Source of the DNA: an uncultured delta proteobacterium
Lineage (GTDB): Bacteria; Desulfobacterota; Binatia; UBA9968
Assembly: GCA_963745035.1 (NCBI GenBank)
Contig: CAVUVW010000015.1
Coordinates: 300,414 to 364,413 of the forward strand
Length of the DNA: 64,000 nucleotides
Reading direction: 5' to 3'
Positions within the stretch are counted from its first letter, which is position 1. Each line of letters opens with the position of its first letter. The notes under the pieces were generated by a model. It searched no databases and was not told the DNA's origin. It was given only the letters and a program-made list of their open reading frames with translations. Shown here piece by piece: positions 8,800 to 20,029 of this stretch. A program made the position numbers and the translations under genes.

Positions 8800-11348
8800 C
8801 TGCGATGTTCGCGGATATCGTTTTCGCCAAACCGGCCTTTCTCTGGCTGCTTGTGCTCCTGCCGCTGCTTTGGCTGCGCGCGCGCCAGCGCCGTTTCGCG
8901 GTGGTGATCGCCCGCACTTTGATCCTCGCCCTGGTGATTCTCACTCTCGCCGATCCGCAGTCGGCGAGCCAACATTCGCGCCGCCAGGAGCGCGTCTTCG
9001 CCTTCGATGCCTCCGACAGTATTCCCGCTTCGGTGCGGCAGTGGATGAAAAACTCACGCAACGGTCTGTCGGCGCCCGGCAGTGGCGATCGCGTTTTCAT
9101 CTTCGGCTCGAGCGCGGCCGAGGTCGCCGATTGGAGCGCACACCTCGACGGCGACCGATCGAAGGCAGTCGCGATCCAACCCGGGAAAACCAACCTTGAG
9201 AGTGTGTTGCAGGCTGTCTTGGCGCTGCCGCCGGCGCCGCGCAATCTTTACCTGTTCACCGACGGGTGGGAAACCGAAGGAAATATCGAACGGGTGCTGC
9301 CGGCGGTGGCCGCGGCGGGGATCAGAATTCATCCGATAGTACCGGCCGGCCGGCCGGCGATTCCAAATATTGCCGTGACCAAGCTGCTGGCGCCGACCCA
9401 GGGCAGCAGCGGCGAGAGCCTGAACCTCAAAGTCGTGGTCGAGAATCAAAGCGACCAGCCGATCGATGGGACATTGGCGCTGGCGCGCAACGGCCAGACA
9501 TTCAAGACCGAGACGGTCAAGGTGGATCCGGGAAGCCAGGTTTTTTCCTTTCAGACTACGCCGGCGGAAGGCGCTTTGACTTCTTTTCAGGCGGCGTTTA
9601 CTCCGCGCCAAGCCAACCTCGACAGCTACCCGGCCGACAACCGCGCTTTGGCGTGGGTTTCGGTGCGCGCCAAAGCCAAAGTTCTGCTGATTAACGGTGC
9701 GAGCGGCGCCGGCCGCCACTTGGAAGAAATTCTCAAACGGCAGGGTCTCGACGTCACCGTGCGCGCGCCTGAGAACTCGCCGGCTCCCACCGGTTATAAA
9801 GTTGTCATTTTTAATAACGCCGAGCGCGACAAGTTTTCTTCCGCTTATCTCGCGGCGGTGGAAAAGCACGTCGCCGCCGGCAATGGCTTTATCATGCTCG
9901 GCGCCGATGCGAGCTTTGCGCCCACCAGTTACCGCCAGACGCCGATCGAGCGGGTCTTGCCGGTGGAGCCGAGAGAGCCGCCCAAGCGCGAAGAAAAAAA
10001 CCGCGCGATCGTTCTGGTCATCGACAAGTCGGGCAGCATGCGCGACGACAACCGGATCGTCTATGCCAAGGAAGCCGCCAAGGCGGTCGCGCGCCAACTC
10101 AGGGACATCGATCTGCTTGGCGTCGTGGGATTCGATGATGCGCCGTTCGTGGTCGTCTATCTGGAAACCATGGCGCGCCTGCGCGGCGTGATCGAAACCC
10201 AGATTGATAGGCTCAAGCCCGGCGGGCAAACCTACTTTCTCCCTGCCATTCTGGAGGCGAGACGGCAGCTCGAACGGGCCAACGCGACGCGTAAGCATAT
10301 TATTCTGTTGAGCGATGGAGTGACCCGTGGCAGTCAGGGCGAGCTCGTCGATCTGGTCAGCTCGATGAAGAATGATTCCAAGATCACGGTTTCAGCCGTG
10401 GCGATCAGCACCGAGGCCGACGTCCGGATCATGAAGCGGCTGAGCCAATATGGCGGCGGGTTGTTTCACCACACGATCGACCCCTCGAGCTTGCCCCAAA
10501 TCGTTTTGGATCAGCTTCAAGACAAGCCCAAAGATGAGCCGCAGAACGAGGGACCCTGGACGCCCATTCCCGACCGCGGCTCGGAACTGTTGGCGGGAGT
10601 CGCCGCCCGAGCTTATCCGAGCGTTCTCGGATTTATGGAAACTGACCTCAAGAAGGGCGCACGGATGGACTTGGCGGTCCAGCGCCAGGATCGCCGCCTG
10701 CCGCTCTTGGCGTCGTGGCGCTATGGCCAGGGCAAATCGATCGCATTCACCATGGACTTGGAGGGCCGCTGGAGCCGGAACTGGATTCCGTGGAGCGGCC
10801 TGCAAGGTTTTTGGAATCGGCTCTTGGAATGGCTCGCGCCGCCCGAAGAAAATCTGGTTCCGGCCCATGAAGCCCGGGTGACCTTTTCGGAAAATCAGTC
10901 GGTTCTCGACCTCTCGATCTATGAAGAGGTCGCTGCCAACAGCCAGTACCGTTTCACCCTCAGCGGCAAGTCCAAGGCCGAAGGTACGCTTACCAAGCTG
11001 GCACCGGGACACTATCAAACTGTCCTGCCGGCGACGGAGCCAGGCGACTACCGGATCGACGTCTCGGAGGATCGGGGTGGCCGGCGGATCGCCTTTCCGC
11101 CGGTCGGCTATAGCCTTGCCTACTCGTTGAATGGCGAATTGCCGCGGCCGGATTTCAACACGCGCCTGCTCGCCCGCATGGCCGAAGCCACCGGTGGCGA
11201 GATCAACCCGGCCTCCAGTCAGACACAGGCGCAGGTCAGCACAACTAAAAGCTATGCACCGCTGAAACAGCCGTTGATTATCCTGGCGTTTTGCCTGTTC
11301 TTGGTCGAAGTGGCGCTGCGGAAGTTTGTCTTTGCCGAGCCCGATTGA
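8796..11348 (+). CDS. Large vWA-domain membrane protein with glutamine-amidotransferase-like middle domain
   Basis: Two vWA motifs (FDASDS...TDG; VIDKSGSM...LSDG); PLLASWRYGQGK; ATGG and C-terminal TM helix. Confidence 0.85.
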   Translation: MTAMFADIVFAKPAFLWLLVLLPLLWLRARQRRFAVVIARTLILALVILTLADPQSASQHSRRQERVFAFDASDSIPASVRQWMKNSRNGLSAPGSGDRVFIFGSSAAEVADWSAHLDGDRSKAVAIQPGKTNLESVLQAVLALPPAPRNLYLFTDGWETEGNIERVLPAVAAAGIRIHPIVPAGRPAIPNIAVTKLLAPTQGSSGESLNLKVVVENQSDQPIDGTLALARNGQTFKTETVKVDPGSQVFSFQTTPAEGALTSFQAAFTPRQANLDSYPADNRALAWVSVRAKAKVLLINGASGAGRHLEEILKRQGLDVTVRAPENSPAPTGYKVVIFNNAERDKFSSAYLAAVEKHVAAGNGFIMLGADASFAPTSYRQTPIERVLPVEPREPPKREEKNRAIVLVIDKSGSMRDDNRIVYAKEAAKAVARQLRDIDLLGVVGFDDAPFVVVYLETMARLRGVIETQIDRLKPGGQTYFLPAILEARRQLERANATRKHIILLSDGVTRGSQGELVDLVSSMKNDSKITVSAVAISTEADVRIMKRLSQYGGGLFHHTIDPSSLPQIVLDQLQDKPKDEPQNEGPWTPIPDRGSELLAGVAARAYPSVLGFMETDLKKGARMDLAVQRQDRRLPLLASWRYGQGKSIAFTMDLEGRWSRNWIPWSGLQGFWNRLLEWLAPPEENLVPAHEARVTFSENQSVLDLSIYEEVAANSQYRFTLSGKSKAEGTLTKLAPGHYQTVLPATEPGDYRIDVSEDRGGRRIAFPPVGYSLAYSLNGELPRPDFNTRLLARMAEATGGEINPASSQTQAQVSTTKSYAPLKQPLIILAFCLFLVEVALRKFVFAEPD

Positions 11349-11455
11349 CACAACATCTTTAGAGTTCCGCCAATCGCCTTAAACCGCCAGACTCTCTGTT
11401 TTTTCGTTTGACACCAAAGCCGAAACCAATTAAAACTCAAAAATCCTTTTTAATT

Positions 11456-12880
11456 ATGCGGCTTAGGTCGACAGCAAGGCAACTCATCCCAGTGGCTCTC
11501 CAAGCGGAGGCGCGGCGGGATTTTTTTCACGGCCAGATTAACAAACTGGCATGGTTTTTTGCTGTGGCCGCGGCTTTTGCTGTCAACGCCCCCGACGCCC
11601 ACGCTTCCAAGCAACAAGCCGCTCGCAAAGAAGCCGTCAAAAGCAAAACCAACCCAGCGCCCTCGTCGACCGGAAAGATCGCGTCGGCGCAACCGCGAAA
11701 AACCTGGATGCGTTCACCCCTGCCGGAGCCGATTGATCCGTTTGAGACCCGCGAGCACACGCTGCACCGGGTGCGGCAGGGTGAAACAGTCTCCGACATG
11801 CTCGGTCGCTACGCGCTTCCGGAAGTTGAGAAGCGACTCTGGCTACGCGCCCTCACCCGTGACATTGGCCGGCGGCCCCTGCCGGTGGGCAGGGAAGTTC
11901 ATCTTTATTTCGCCAAGCCCACTCTGACCCGGGCTAAACCGGGCTCTCCCGGCCAGCTAAAGGCCCTGGAGTTCGACCAAGACGACGCCTTCACCCTCGC
12001 CTGGGAAAAAGGCATGAGAGGAATTCTTTTTCAGCGCCGGGAAAAGCCCTACGACGTTGAAATCAAATCGATCAGCGCCGAGGTCGAAACCTCGTTGTTC
12101 GAAGACGGCCGCAGGGCCGGGGTGCATCCGGCTTTGCTCTCGCAGCTCGCCGACATCTTTACCTGGGACGTCGACCTGAGCAAAGCCGTGGGCAAGGGCG
12201 ATACCTTTAAGATCCTTTACGAGCAGCGCAGCCGAAAGGGCCGGGAGAGCAATCTGGCGATGCGCATCCTCGCTGCCGAGCTCAACAATGCCGGCCAAAA
12301 GCACACCGCGGTTTATTTCGAGAAGCAAAAGGGCCAGGGTAATTATTACAACTTGGAAGGCCGCAGCCTGGCGCGGGCCTTCCTCCGCTTTCCGCTTGAG
12401 TTCACGAGCATTACTTCGCATTTCACCGAATCTCGCTTTCATCCCATTTTAAAGACTACCTTGCCGCACATGGGGGTGGACTTCGCCGCTCAAAGAGGCA
12501 CGCCGGTCCGCGCCGTCGGTGACGGCGTCATCAGCGAAGCGGGCTGGAACGGTCGCTACGGCAAGACAATCGATATCAAGCACGACGCCACGTACACCAG
12601 CCGCTATGCCCATTTGCACGGTTTTGCCCCGGGAATTCAGGCGGGGACAAGCGTCATCAAAGGACAAATTATCGGCTACGTCGGCTCGACCGGCAGAGCC
12701 ACTGGCCCGCATCTTCACTTCGAGCTCTACAAAGACCAGCAGTTTATTGACCCCCTGAGCGTCGATTTTCCCGCCGAAGAAAGCATCGAGCCAGCGTTGC
12801 AAAAGATCTTTGAGACTCAAACTCACACGTATCTCGTCGAGCTTTCCGCGCTTCCCCTGGTCTCCTCTCCGCAATCGTAA
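11456..12880 (+). CDS. M23 family metallopeptidase (MepM-like); start uncertain
   Basis: HPILK...HMGVDFAA (HxxxD); YAHL; GYVGSTGRATGPHLHFE. Confidence 0.9.
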   Translation: MRLRSTARQLIPVALQAEARRDFFHGQINKLAWFFAVAAAFAVNAPDAHASKQQAARKEAVKSKTNPAPSSTGKIASAQPRKTWMRSPLPEPIDPFETREHTLHRVRQGETVSDMLGRYALPEVEKRLWLRALTRDIGRRPLPVGREVHLYFAKPTLTRAKPGSPGQLKALEFDQDDAFTLAWEKGMRGILFQRREKPYDVEIKSISAEVETSLFEDGRRAGVHPALLSQLADIFTWDVDLSKAVGKGDTFKILYEQRSRKGRESNLAMRILAAELNNAGQKHTAVYFEKQKGQGNYYNLEGRSLARAFLRFPLEFTSITSHFTESRFHPILKTTLPHMGVDFAAQRGTPVRAVGDGVISEAGWNGRYGKTIDIKHDATYTSRYAHLHGFAPGIQAGTSVIKGQIIGYVGSTGRATGPHLHFELYKDQQFIDPLSVDFPAEESIEPALQKIFETQTHTYLVELSALPLVSSPQS

Positions 12881-13007
12881 GTCCGTACCGGTGGCTAGCC
12901 GTCTCGCGGCCGTCCCGGAAACTGTAAAATCATTGCGCCTAATGCTTGCGTGCCTGGGCAGAGAATCGGTTTCGCGACCGCCAGGGTGCCGTCAATCCTA
13001 ATTGAGC

Positions 13008-13478
13008 ATGCGTCAAATCATACGTAATTTTATCCTGCTGCTCGCGAGCGGCGCCGGAATCGGTTATTTGCCGCGCATGCCCGGCACCTTGGGAACGTTG
13101 GTTGGCCTGCCGGTGTCACTCGCCATCAACCGCTTGGAGCAGGCCTACCCGCTGCTTGGCATGGGCGCGCTCGTGGGCCTGGCCGTCGTCGCGATCGTTG
13201 TCGCCGGCCATGCGGCACGTCTTTTGAGCGCGAAAGATCCGCAAATCATCGTCATCGATGAAATCGCCGGCTTCGCCCTGGCCAACTTTCTCAGCGACAC
13301 TGCGACGGCGATCGTTGGCGCGTTTGTCTTGTTTCGTCTTTTTGATATTGCCAAAGTATATCCCGCGCGCCGGCTCGAAAGACTGACCGGCGGCGCCGGA
13401 GTCGTATTGGATGATCTGCTCGCGGGACTTTACGTTTTCGTGATTTTACGCCTGCTTTCCTGGATGGGGCTGCTATGA
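13008..13478 (+). CDS. pgpA: Phosphatidylglycerophosphatase A
   Basis: PGTLGT; KDPQIIVIDEIAG; LFRLFDIAK; GVVLDDLLAG. Confidence 0.93.
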   Translation: MRQIIRNFILLLASGAGIGYLPRMPGTLGTLVGLPVSLAINRLEQAYPLLGMGALVGLAVVAIVVAGHAARLLSAKDPQIIVIDEIAGFALANFLSDTATAIVGAFVLFRLFDIAKVYPARRLERLTGGAGVVLDDLLAGLYVFVILRLLSWMGLL

Positions 13479-14713
13479 AGACCAGCGCGGTAATCCTCAG
13501 CACCGGCGACGAGCTCACCACCGGCAGGGTCGTGGACACCAACTCGGCCGTAATCGCGGAACGCCTCTACTCGGTCGGGATCAATGTCGCCGCCGTGCTC
13601 AAAGTCGGCGACGACCGGGAAAGACTCGGCTGGGCGTTGGATCAGGCCCGCAACCTGGGCGATGTGATCATCGGCACGGGTGGACTCGGCCCCACGGCCG
13701 ATGATTTAAGCGCCGCAGCGGTGGCGGAATTTCTCGGCTGCCGGTTAGTGCAAGACGAGGCGGTGGCACGGGGCCTCAAGGAACGCTTTAAAGCGCGCGG
13801 CATCCCCTGGACGGAAAACAACCTCAAACAGGCGCTTTTCCCGCAAGGCGCGCTCATCATCGCCAACCCCGTCGGCACCGCGCCGGGATTTCGCGTGAGC
13901 GTGGCGCCCGGCAAAGATCTCGTTTGGCTCTCCGGCGTGCCCGAGGAAATGACCGCCATGTTCGATGCCACGGTCATGCCCTGGCTCCGCTCAGAGTGCG
14001 GAGAGAGAAATGAGATTTACTCCCGCGCATTTAAAATCTATGGACTGACGGAATCGAAGCTCGACAGTCTGGTAAGACCGATCGCCTTGTCTTCCCGTGA
14101 AAAACTTTCCTTTCGCGCCCACTTTCCGGACCTGACCCTGCGCTTGACGGCACTGGGAGAGCGCCGCGACGAGGGGAATTTCGTCACGCGCTGCGAGCAA
14201 ATTCGCGGCGTTCTCGGCTCGCACATCTACGCCGAGGGCGACGTGACGATGGAGGAAGAGGTCGGACGGCTCCTGGCGGAAAAAAAATCTACTCTTGCCC
14301 TGGCGGAGTCCTGCACCGGCGGTTTGATCAGCCGGCGCATCGCGCGCATCGCCGGCAGCTCGGCCTATTATCTGGGCGGCGTGGTGAGTTATGCCAACGG
14401 CGCCAAGATCGAGTTGCTCGGCGTCAAGCCTGACACTTTGGAAAAATACGGCGCGGTGAGCGAGCAAACGGCTAAGGAAATGGCGCGGGGCATACGCGAA
14501 AGAACCGGCGCGACCGTCGCGCTCAGCGTTACCGGCATCGCCGGCCCCTCGGGCGGAAGCCCGGAAAAGCCGGTGGGAACCGTGTGGATGAGCATCGCCC
14601 AAGCGGGCGGCGAAGAAGCGCGCCGGTTTCATTTTTTCGGCAACCGCGAGCGCGTCATTCTCGGCGCCTCCCAAGCCGGCCTCAACTGGCTGCGAGCCGC
14701 TCTCCTGACCTAG
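13475..14713 (+). CDS. cinA: Competence/damage-inducible protein CinA (MCF + PncC)
   Basis: GDELTTGRVVDTNS; GGLGPTADD; AESCTGG; TGIAGPSGG. Confidence 0.95.
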   Translation: MKTSAVILSTGDELTTGRVVDTNSAVIAERLYSVGINVAAVLKVGDDRERLGWALDQARNLGDVIIGTGGLGPTADDLSAAAVAEFLGCRLVQDEAVARGLKERFKARGIPWTENNLKQALFPQGALIIANPVGTAPGFRVSVAPGKDLVWLSGVPEEMTAMFDATVMPWLRSECGERNEIYSRAFKIYGLTESKLDSLVRPIALSSREKLSFRAHFPDLTLRLTALGERRDEGNFVTRCEQIRGVLGSHIYAEGDVTMEEEVGRLLAEKKSTLALAESCTGGLISRRIARIAGSSAYYLGGVVSYANGAKIELLGVKPDTLEKYGAVSEQTAKEMARGIRERTGATVALSVTGIAGPSGGSPEKPVGTVWMSIAQAGGEEARRFHFFGNRERVILGASQAGLNWLRAALLT

Positions 14714-14723
14714 CCGTTTTGCC

Positions 14724-15287
14724 GTGATTCGCGCCTTCATTGCAGTCACACTCAACTCCGCGGTCATCGAAAAAATCGCTGGCGCAAGCACACAGCTTAG
14801 AGCGGAAATCCCTGGGGTGCGCTGGGTGGCACCTGCGAATTTTCATTTGACGGTCAAATTTTTGGGTAGCATCGACGAGGCGTTGATCGAGCGAATCCAG
14901 AAGACCCTCGAGCAGCAACTTCGCCTCTTTCCGCGCTTCACCATTAGTGCTAAAGGACTAGGAGTATTTCCTGGCCCCAAACGACCGCGTGTGTTATGGG
15001 TCGGCTTGAATAGCGACCGTCTGATTTCGTTGGCTTCGCGAGTGGAATCTGCGCTGCAGCCGCTTGGCTTTGCGGCGGAGAGCAGAGCGTTCACGCCGCA
15101 TTTAACGATCGGACGCTGGCGTCAGACCGATGTTCCGCCGGAATCATTGGGGCGGCAATTGGAAAACTGGAAGGCGTATGACTTCGGCGCATCCCGTGTG
15201 GAATGCGTGAAGGTCATTCAAAGCCTGCTCAAACCCGACGGCGCAAGTTACGCCGATTTAGCTACGATTCCGCTCAAGGTAGAATGA
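14724..15287 (+). CDS. thpR: RNA 2',3'-cyclic phosphodiesterase (2H family)
   Basis: RAFIA; HLTVKFLG and PHLTIGR 2H motifs; cinA-recA context. Confidence 0.9.
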   Translation: MIRAFIAVTLNSAVIEKIAGASTQLRAEIPGVRWVAPANFHLTVKFLGSIDEALIERIQKTLEQQLRLFPRFTISAKGLGVFPGPKRPRVLWVGLNSDRLISLASRVESALQPLGFAAESRAFTPHLTIGRWRQTDVPPESLGRQLENWKAYDFGASRVECVKVIQSLLKPDGASYADLATIPLKVE

Positions 15288-15312
15288 ACCGGCGCGGCGA
15301 AGGAGACGACTG

Positions 15313-16377
15313 ATGGATGTAAATCGAGAAAAGGCAATCGACTTGGCGGTCAGCCAGATCGAGCGGCAGTTCGGCAAAGGCGCCATCATGAAGCTCGGCG
15401 AGGGCGGCGTGGTCAAAGATGTGCCGGTGGTTTCGACCGGGTCGCTCGGTCTCGATATCGCGCTCGGGATTGGCGGCGTGCCGCGCGGCCGCGTAGTGGA
15501 GATCTATGGCCCTGAGTCGTCGGGCAAGACGACGCTGGCGCTACAAATCGTTGCGGAAGCGCAGAAACTCGGCGGCATGGGCGCATACATCGATGCCGAG
15601 CACGCGTTGGATCTAGGTTATGCGAAGAAACTCGGCGTCCAGACCGATGACCTGCTCGTCTCACAACCCGATCATGGCGAGCAGGCTTTAGAGATCGCCG
15701 AGACTCTGGTGCGCAGCGGCGCCATCGACGTGCTCGTGATCGATTCCGTGGCCGCTCTCGTCCCCAAAGCGGAAATCGAGGGCGAGATGGGCGATTCCCA
15801 TATGGGCCTGCAAGCGCGGCTCATGTCGCAGGCTTTGCGAAAATTGACCGGAACCATTGCCCGCTCGATGACGGTCGTCATCTTCATCAACCAGATTCGC
15901 ATGAAGATCGGCGTGATGTTCGGCAATCCGGAAACTACAACGGGGGGCAACGCCCTCAAATTCTACGCGTCCGTGCGCATGGACATCCGACGTATCGGCG
16001 CGCTCAAAGACGGCGACAATGTGATCGGCGGACGAACCCGCGTGAAAGTCGTAAAGAACAAAGTGGCGCCGCCGTTCAAGGAAGCCGAATTCGATATTCT
16101 TTACGGCGTGGGCATTTCCCGCGACGGCGAGATTGTCGACCTCGGCAGCGAGAGCGGCATCGTCGAGAAAAGTGGCGCATGGTACTCCTACGGGAGCGAG
16201 AGAATAGGCCAAGGCCGGGAAGCCGCGAAGCAGTTTCTTAAGGACCACCCGGAGACCGCAAGCGAGATCATGGGTAAAGTTATGGAAAAAACAGGCGTGA
16301 AACGGACCGCGCCCGAGGCTCCTGCGGCCAATACTCCCGCTGGAGCGGATAAAAAGGAAAAGGCCAGGGGAAGATAG
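15313..16377 (+). CDS. recA: Recombinase A
   Basis: GPESSGKTT; [18 protein letters not shown]; [10 protein letters not shown]. Confidence 0.99.
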   Translation: MDVNREKAIDLAVSQIERQFGKGAIMKLGEGGVVKDVPVVSTGSLGLDIALGIGGVPRGRVVEIYGPESSGKTTLALQIVAEAQKLGGMGAYIDAEHALDLGYAKKLGVQTDDLLVSQPDHGEQALEIAETLVRSGAIDVLVIDSVAALVPKAEIEGEMGDSHMGLQARLMSQALRKLTGTIARSMTVVIFINQIRMKIGVMFGNPETTTGGNALKFYASVRMDIRRIGALKDGDNVIGGRTRVKVVKNKVAPPFKEAEFDILYGVGISRDGEIVDLGSESGIVEKSGAWYSYGSERIGQGREAAKQFLKDHPETASEIMGKVMEKTGVKRTAPEAPAANTPAGADKKEKARGR

Positions 16378-16417
16378 TTTTCAACCTATTCTGGCTAGAA
16401 GAAAAGAGAGAAGCAGC

Positions 16418-16891
16418 TTGGAGCTGCCCGGCTCCGAAGCAGATGCGTTGCGAGTGGCGCTGCGCTACCTAGGATACCGCTCACGCAGCGAGGCCGAAGT
16501 TCGACGGTATCTAAGCCGGCGCGGTTGCGCGCGTGGCGCCGCCGATTCAGTCATCGAAAAACTGCGTTCCCTGCACTATTTGAACGACGAGAGTTTCGCG
16601 CACGGCTGGGCGCTCGGGCGCGCTCGAGAGCGCGGTTACGGTCCTCATCGGATCGAGCAGGAATTGAGGAGCAAGGGTATCGGCCTACCTCTGATCCGGG
16701 ACGCGCTGCGCGATACCTTCGACCAAGTCGACGAAACGGAGCGCGCCAAAGGGCTCTTGGCCAGACATTTCAAAGGCAGCGATCTTACCGAGCCCAGAAT
16801 ATTGCGCCGCGCGGCGGCCTTTTTACACCGCCGCGGCTATGGCAGCAAAGTGATTTTTAATTTGCTACGCTATTCTATAGAAGATGATTGA
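16418..16891 (+). CDS. recX: RecX regulatory protein
   Basis: ALRYLGYRSRSEAE; YLNDESFA; GPHRIEQELRSKG; RRGY; follows recA. Confidence 0.9.
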   Translation: MELPGSEADALRVALRYLGYRSRSEAEVRRYLSRRGCARGAADSVIEKLRSLHYLNDESFAHGWALGRARERGYGPHRIEQELRSKGIGLPLIRDALRDTFDQVDETERAKGLLARHFKGSDLTEPRILRRAAAFLHRRGYGSKVIFNLLRYSIEDD

Positions 16892-16898
16892 CAGAGCC

Positions 16899-19535
16899 AT
16901 GACTACGGGAAACCAAATTCGCAAGTCTTTTTTGGATTTTTTCGCCAGGCAGGGCCATACCGCGGTGCGCAGCTCATCGCTCGTGCCCGACAAGGACCCG
17001 ACTCTGCTATTCACCAACGCCGGCATGGTCCAGTTCAAAAATGTTTTTTTGGGCCAGGAGCGGCTTCCCTACGTGCGTGCCACGAGCGCGCAAAAATGCC
17101 TGCGCATCAGCGGCAAGCACAACGACCTCGAGGCCGTCGGGCGCGACACCTATCACCACACGTTTTTTGAAATGCTCGGCAACTGGTCGTTCGGCGACTA
17201 CTACAAAGCCGAGGCGATCGAATGGGCTTGGCAACTGTTGACCAAGGAATGGGGGCTGCCCAAGGACAAACTTTACGCCACGATCTATGTCGACGACGAT
17301 GACGCCGAGAAACTCTGGTACAAGATCAGCGGGCTGCCGCCCGAGCGGGTGAGTCGCTTTGGCGAGAAGGAAAATTTTTGGGAGATGGGCGAAACCGGCC
17401 CCTGCGGCCCGTGCAGCGAGATCCATCTCGACCGCGGTCCGGCCGCTTGCGACAAACAGGGCGTCACCGGCCACGTGTGCCGGGTCAACGGCGACTGCGC
17501 GCGCTACATCGAGCTGTGGAATCTGGTGTTCATTCAGTACAACCGCGAAGAAGACCGAAGTCTTGAAGAGCTGCCGTCCAAACACGTCGATACCGGCATG
17601 GGCATGGAGCGCATCACCGCAGTCTTGCAAAATGTTTTATCCAATTACGACATCGACTACATGCGCGCGCTCACCGCGACCACGGAAAAGCTCACGGGCA
17701 AGAAATACGGCGCCGATCCGGCGGCGGATATTTCCTTTCGCGTCATCGACGACCACGCCCGCGCGGTGAGCTTTCTGATCGCCGACGGCGTCATGCCGAG
17801 CAACGACGGACGCGGCTATGTGCTGCGCCGCCTGCTGCGGCGCGCCGCCCGTCACGGCCGCTTGATCGGCCTCGAACAGCCTTTCTTGCACGAAGTCGCC
17901 AAAACCGTCTCGGCGGTGATGGGCGATGCTTACCCGGAACTCCGCGCCGAAGAGCAGCGCATCCGCGAAGTCATTCGCAGCGAAGAAGAACGCTTCGGCG
18001 AGACCCTGGAAAAAGGATTGGCTCTTCTCGAAGAAGCGACGGCGAAACTCAAGAAAGAAAAGAACCAAGTGCTGTCGGGCGATGTGGCGTTCCGGCTCTA
18101 CGACACCTTCGGATTTCCCCTCGATCTCACGGAAGACATCTTGCGCGGTGAATCCATGTCCGTGGACCAAGCGGGCTTTGAAGAGCTCATGCAGGCGCAG
18201 CGCACGCGGGGACGTGAAGCGCGCGAGACGGCCAGCATGGAATCGAAGATTCAGCTGGACCGAGAAGTCCGTTTTATCGGCTACGATCGGCTCGAAGGGG
18301 AGTCATCCGTTTTGGCCATTTACGCCAACGGCGCGGGCCGAAACGAAGCCGTGGAAGGCGATGAGATCGAGCTGCTCACGGCCGAGACGCCTTTTTACGG
18401 CGAATCAGGCGGGCAGATCGGCGATCGCGGCACGATCACGACCGCGCGTGGAGATGTGATTGAAGTCATCGACACGCATCATCCTACGCCGCAACTTACC
18501 GCCCATCGCTCGCGAGTCAAAAAAGGCCGCGTCCAAGTCGGCGACAAAGTTCAATTGGCCGTCGATCCGAAACATCGCCAGAAAACCAAGCTCAATCACT
18601 CCGCCACCCATATTCTCCATTCCGTCTTGCGCCGGGAGTTGGGTCAACATGTCCGTCAGGCCGGCTCGTTGGTCACACCCGAGCGACTGCGCTTCGACTT
18701 CAACCACGGCGGCGCGATCGCGGATGAACAACTCGCACTCATTGAAACACACGTCAACCAGCACATTCGCGAGGATGCGGACGTCTCGATTCAGGAAGTG
18801 AGCTACGACGAGGCGATCCGCCACGGCGCCCTCGCCTTTTTCGGCGACAAGTACGGCGATCGAGTGCGCGTCGTCAAAATAGGCGACATTTCCACCGAGC
18901 TTTGCGGCGGCACCCATGTACGCGCTTCCGGGGAGATCGGCATATTCAAGCTCCACTCCGAAGGCGGCGTGGCCGCCGGGGTGCGGCGGGTCGAGGCCTT
19001 TACCGGCCAGGGCGCGTTGGATTTGATTCACAGCTACGAGCAGCGCCTCAAAGAGATCGGCCAGTTGGTGCGCGGCGGCAGCGACGATGCGGTGGATAAA
19101 ATCAAGAAACTCTTGGAGCGCCAAAAAGAGCTTGAGAAGGAAATCGACAAGCTGCGCGGCCAATTTGAAAAGGACCAGATCCCCGAGCTGCTGGCGAGGC
19201 AAAGGTCCGTCAACGGCACCAAGTTTCTCGTCAGCCAAGTCGACGGCGTCGACGCCAAACAGCTCCGCGATCTCGCCGACCAGCTCAAAGAGAAACTCGG
19301 CGCCGCGGTCATCGTCCTGGCGAGCGCCGGCCAAACGAACGTCAACCTGGTCGCCTCGGTCGGCGGAGAGCTCACTAAGCAATATCATGCGGGAAACATC
19401 ATCAAGGAGCTTGCCGGCATGGTCGGCGGGGGAGGGGGAGGCAGGCCGGATTTTGCTCAGGCCGGCGGCAAGGACCCGACCAAGATCGACGCGGCGCTCA
19501 AGCGCGCAGAAGAGCTGGTTCGCCGCGGAAAATGA
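16899..19535 (+). CDS. alaS: Alanine--tRNA ligase
   Basis: LLFTNAGMVQFK; HHTFFEMLGNWSFGDY; ELCGGTH; GGGGRPDFAQAGG. Confidence 0.99.
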   Translation: MTTGNQIRKSFLDFFARQGHTAVRSSSLVPDKDPTLLFTNAGMVQFKNVFLGQERLPYVRATSAQKCLRISGKHNDLEAVGRDTYHHTFFEMLGNWSFGDYYKAEAIEWAWQLLTKEWGLPKDKLYATIYVDDDDAEKLWYKISGLPPERVSRFGEKENFWEMGETGPCGPCSEIHLDRGPAACDKQGVTGHVCRVNGDCARYIELWNLVFIQYNREEDRSLEELPSKHVDTGMGMERITAVLQNVLSNYDIDYMRALTATTEKLTGKKYGADPAADISFRVIDDHARAVSFLIADGVMPSNDGRGYVLRRLLRRAARHGRLIGLEQPFLHEVAKTVSAVMGDAYPELRAEEQRIREVIRSEEERFGETLEKGLALLEEATAKLKKEKNQVLSGDVAFRLYDTFGFPLDLTEDILRGESMSVDQAGFEELMQAQRTRGREARETASMESKIQLDREVRFIGYDRLEGESSVLAIYANGAGRNEAVEGDEIELLTAETPFYGESGGQIGDRGTITTARGDVIEVIDTHHPTPQLTAHRSRVKKGRVQVGDKVQLAVDPKHRQKTKLNHSATHILHSVLRRELGQHVRQAGSLVTPERLRFDFNHGGAIADEQLALIETHVNQHIREDADVSIQEVSYDEAIRHGALAFFGDKYGDRVRVVKIGDISTELCGGTHVRASGEIGIFKLHSEGGVAAGVRRVEAFTGQGALDLIHSYEQRLKEIGQLVRGGSDDAVDKIKKLLERQKELEKEIDKLRGQFEKDQIPELLARQRSVNGTKFLVSQVDGVDAKQLRDLADQLKEKLGAAVIVLASAGQTNVNLVASVGGELTKQYHAGNIIKELAGMVGGGGGGRPDFAQAGGKDPTKIDAALKRAEELVRRGK

Positions 19536-19600
19536 CTCCGATCGCCTGTCGCAAAAGCCGCGCACAAAACGGACGTCGGAATCCGGGGTATTAAACTAGC

Positions 19601-20029
19601 GTGCTCAAGATTCGCGCTTACAAACTCTCCGAAAAGACCGCCGGCTTCTGCGATATCATCGACATCACTGCCAAAGTTCGCCAGCACCTGGAAAAAGAAT
19701 CGATTCAGAACGGCCTCGCCACATTATTCGTTTCCGGCTCCACCGCCGCGCTTACGACCATCGAGCATGAGCCGGGTCTGATCCAGGATCTAAAGGAGTT
19801 CGTCGAAAAAATCATTCCCTCCGATCGCCGTTACCACCACGACGACCGCTGGGGCGACGACAACGGTTTTTCTCATGTGCGCGCTTCCCTCTTCGGGCCG
19901 TCCCTGGCCATTCCGATCGAGCACGGCCAACTCTGTCTCGGCACTTGGCAACAGATCGTCCTGCTCGATTTTGACAATCGTGCGCGCACGCGGGAGATCA
20001 CCGTCCAACTCATGGGAGAAAGCGAGTGA
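19601..20029 (+). CDS. yjbQ: YjbQ/UPF0047 family protein
   Basis: GSTAALTTIE; SHVRASLFG; LGTWQQI. Confidence 0.88.
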   Translation: MLKIRAYKLSEKTAGFCDIIDITAKVRQHLEKESIQNGLATLFVSGSTAALTTIEHEPGLIQDLKEFVEKIIPSDRRYHHDDRWGDDNGFSHVRASLFGPSLAIPIEHGQLCLGTWQQIVLLDFDNRARTREITVQLMGESE

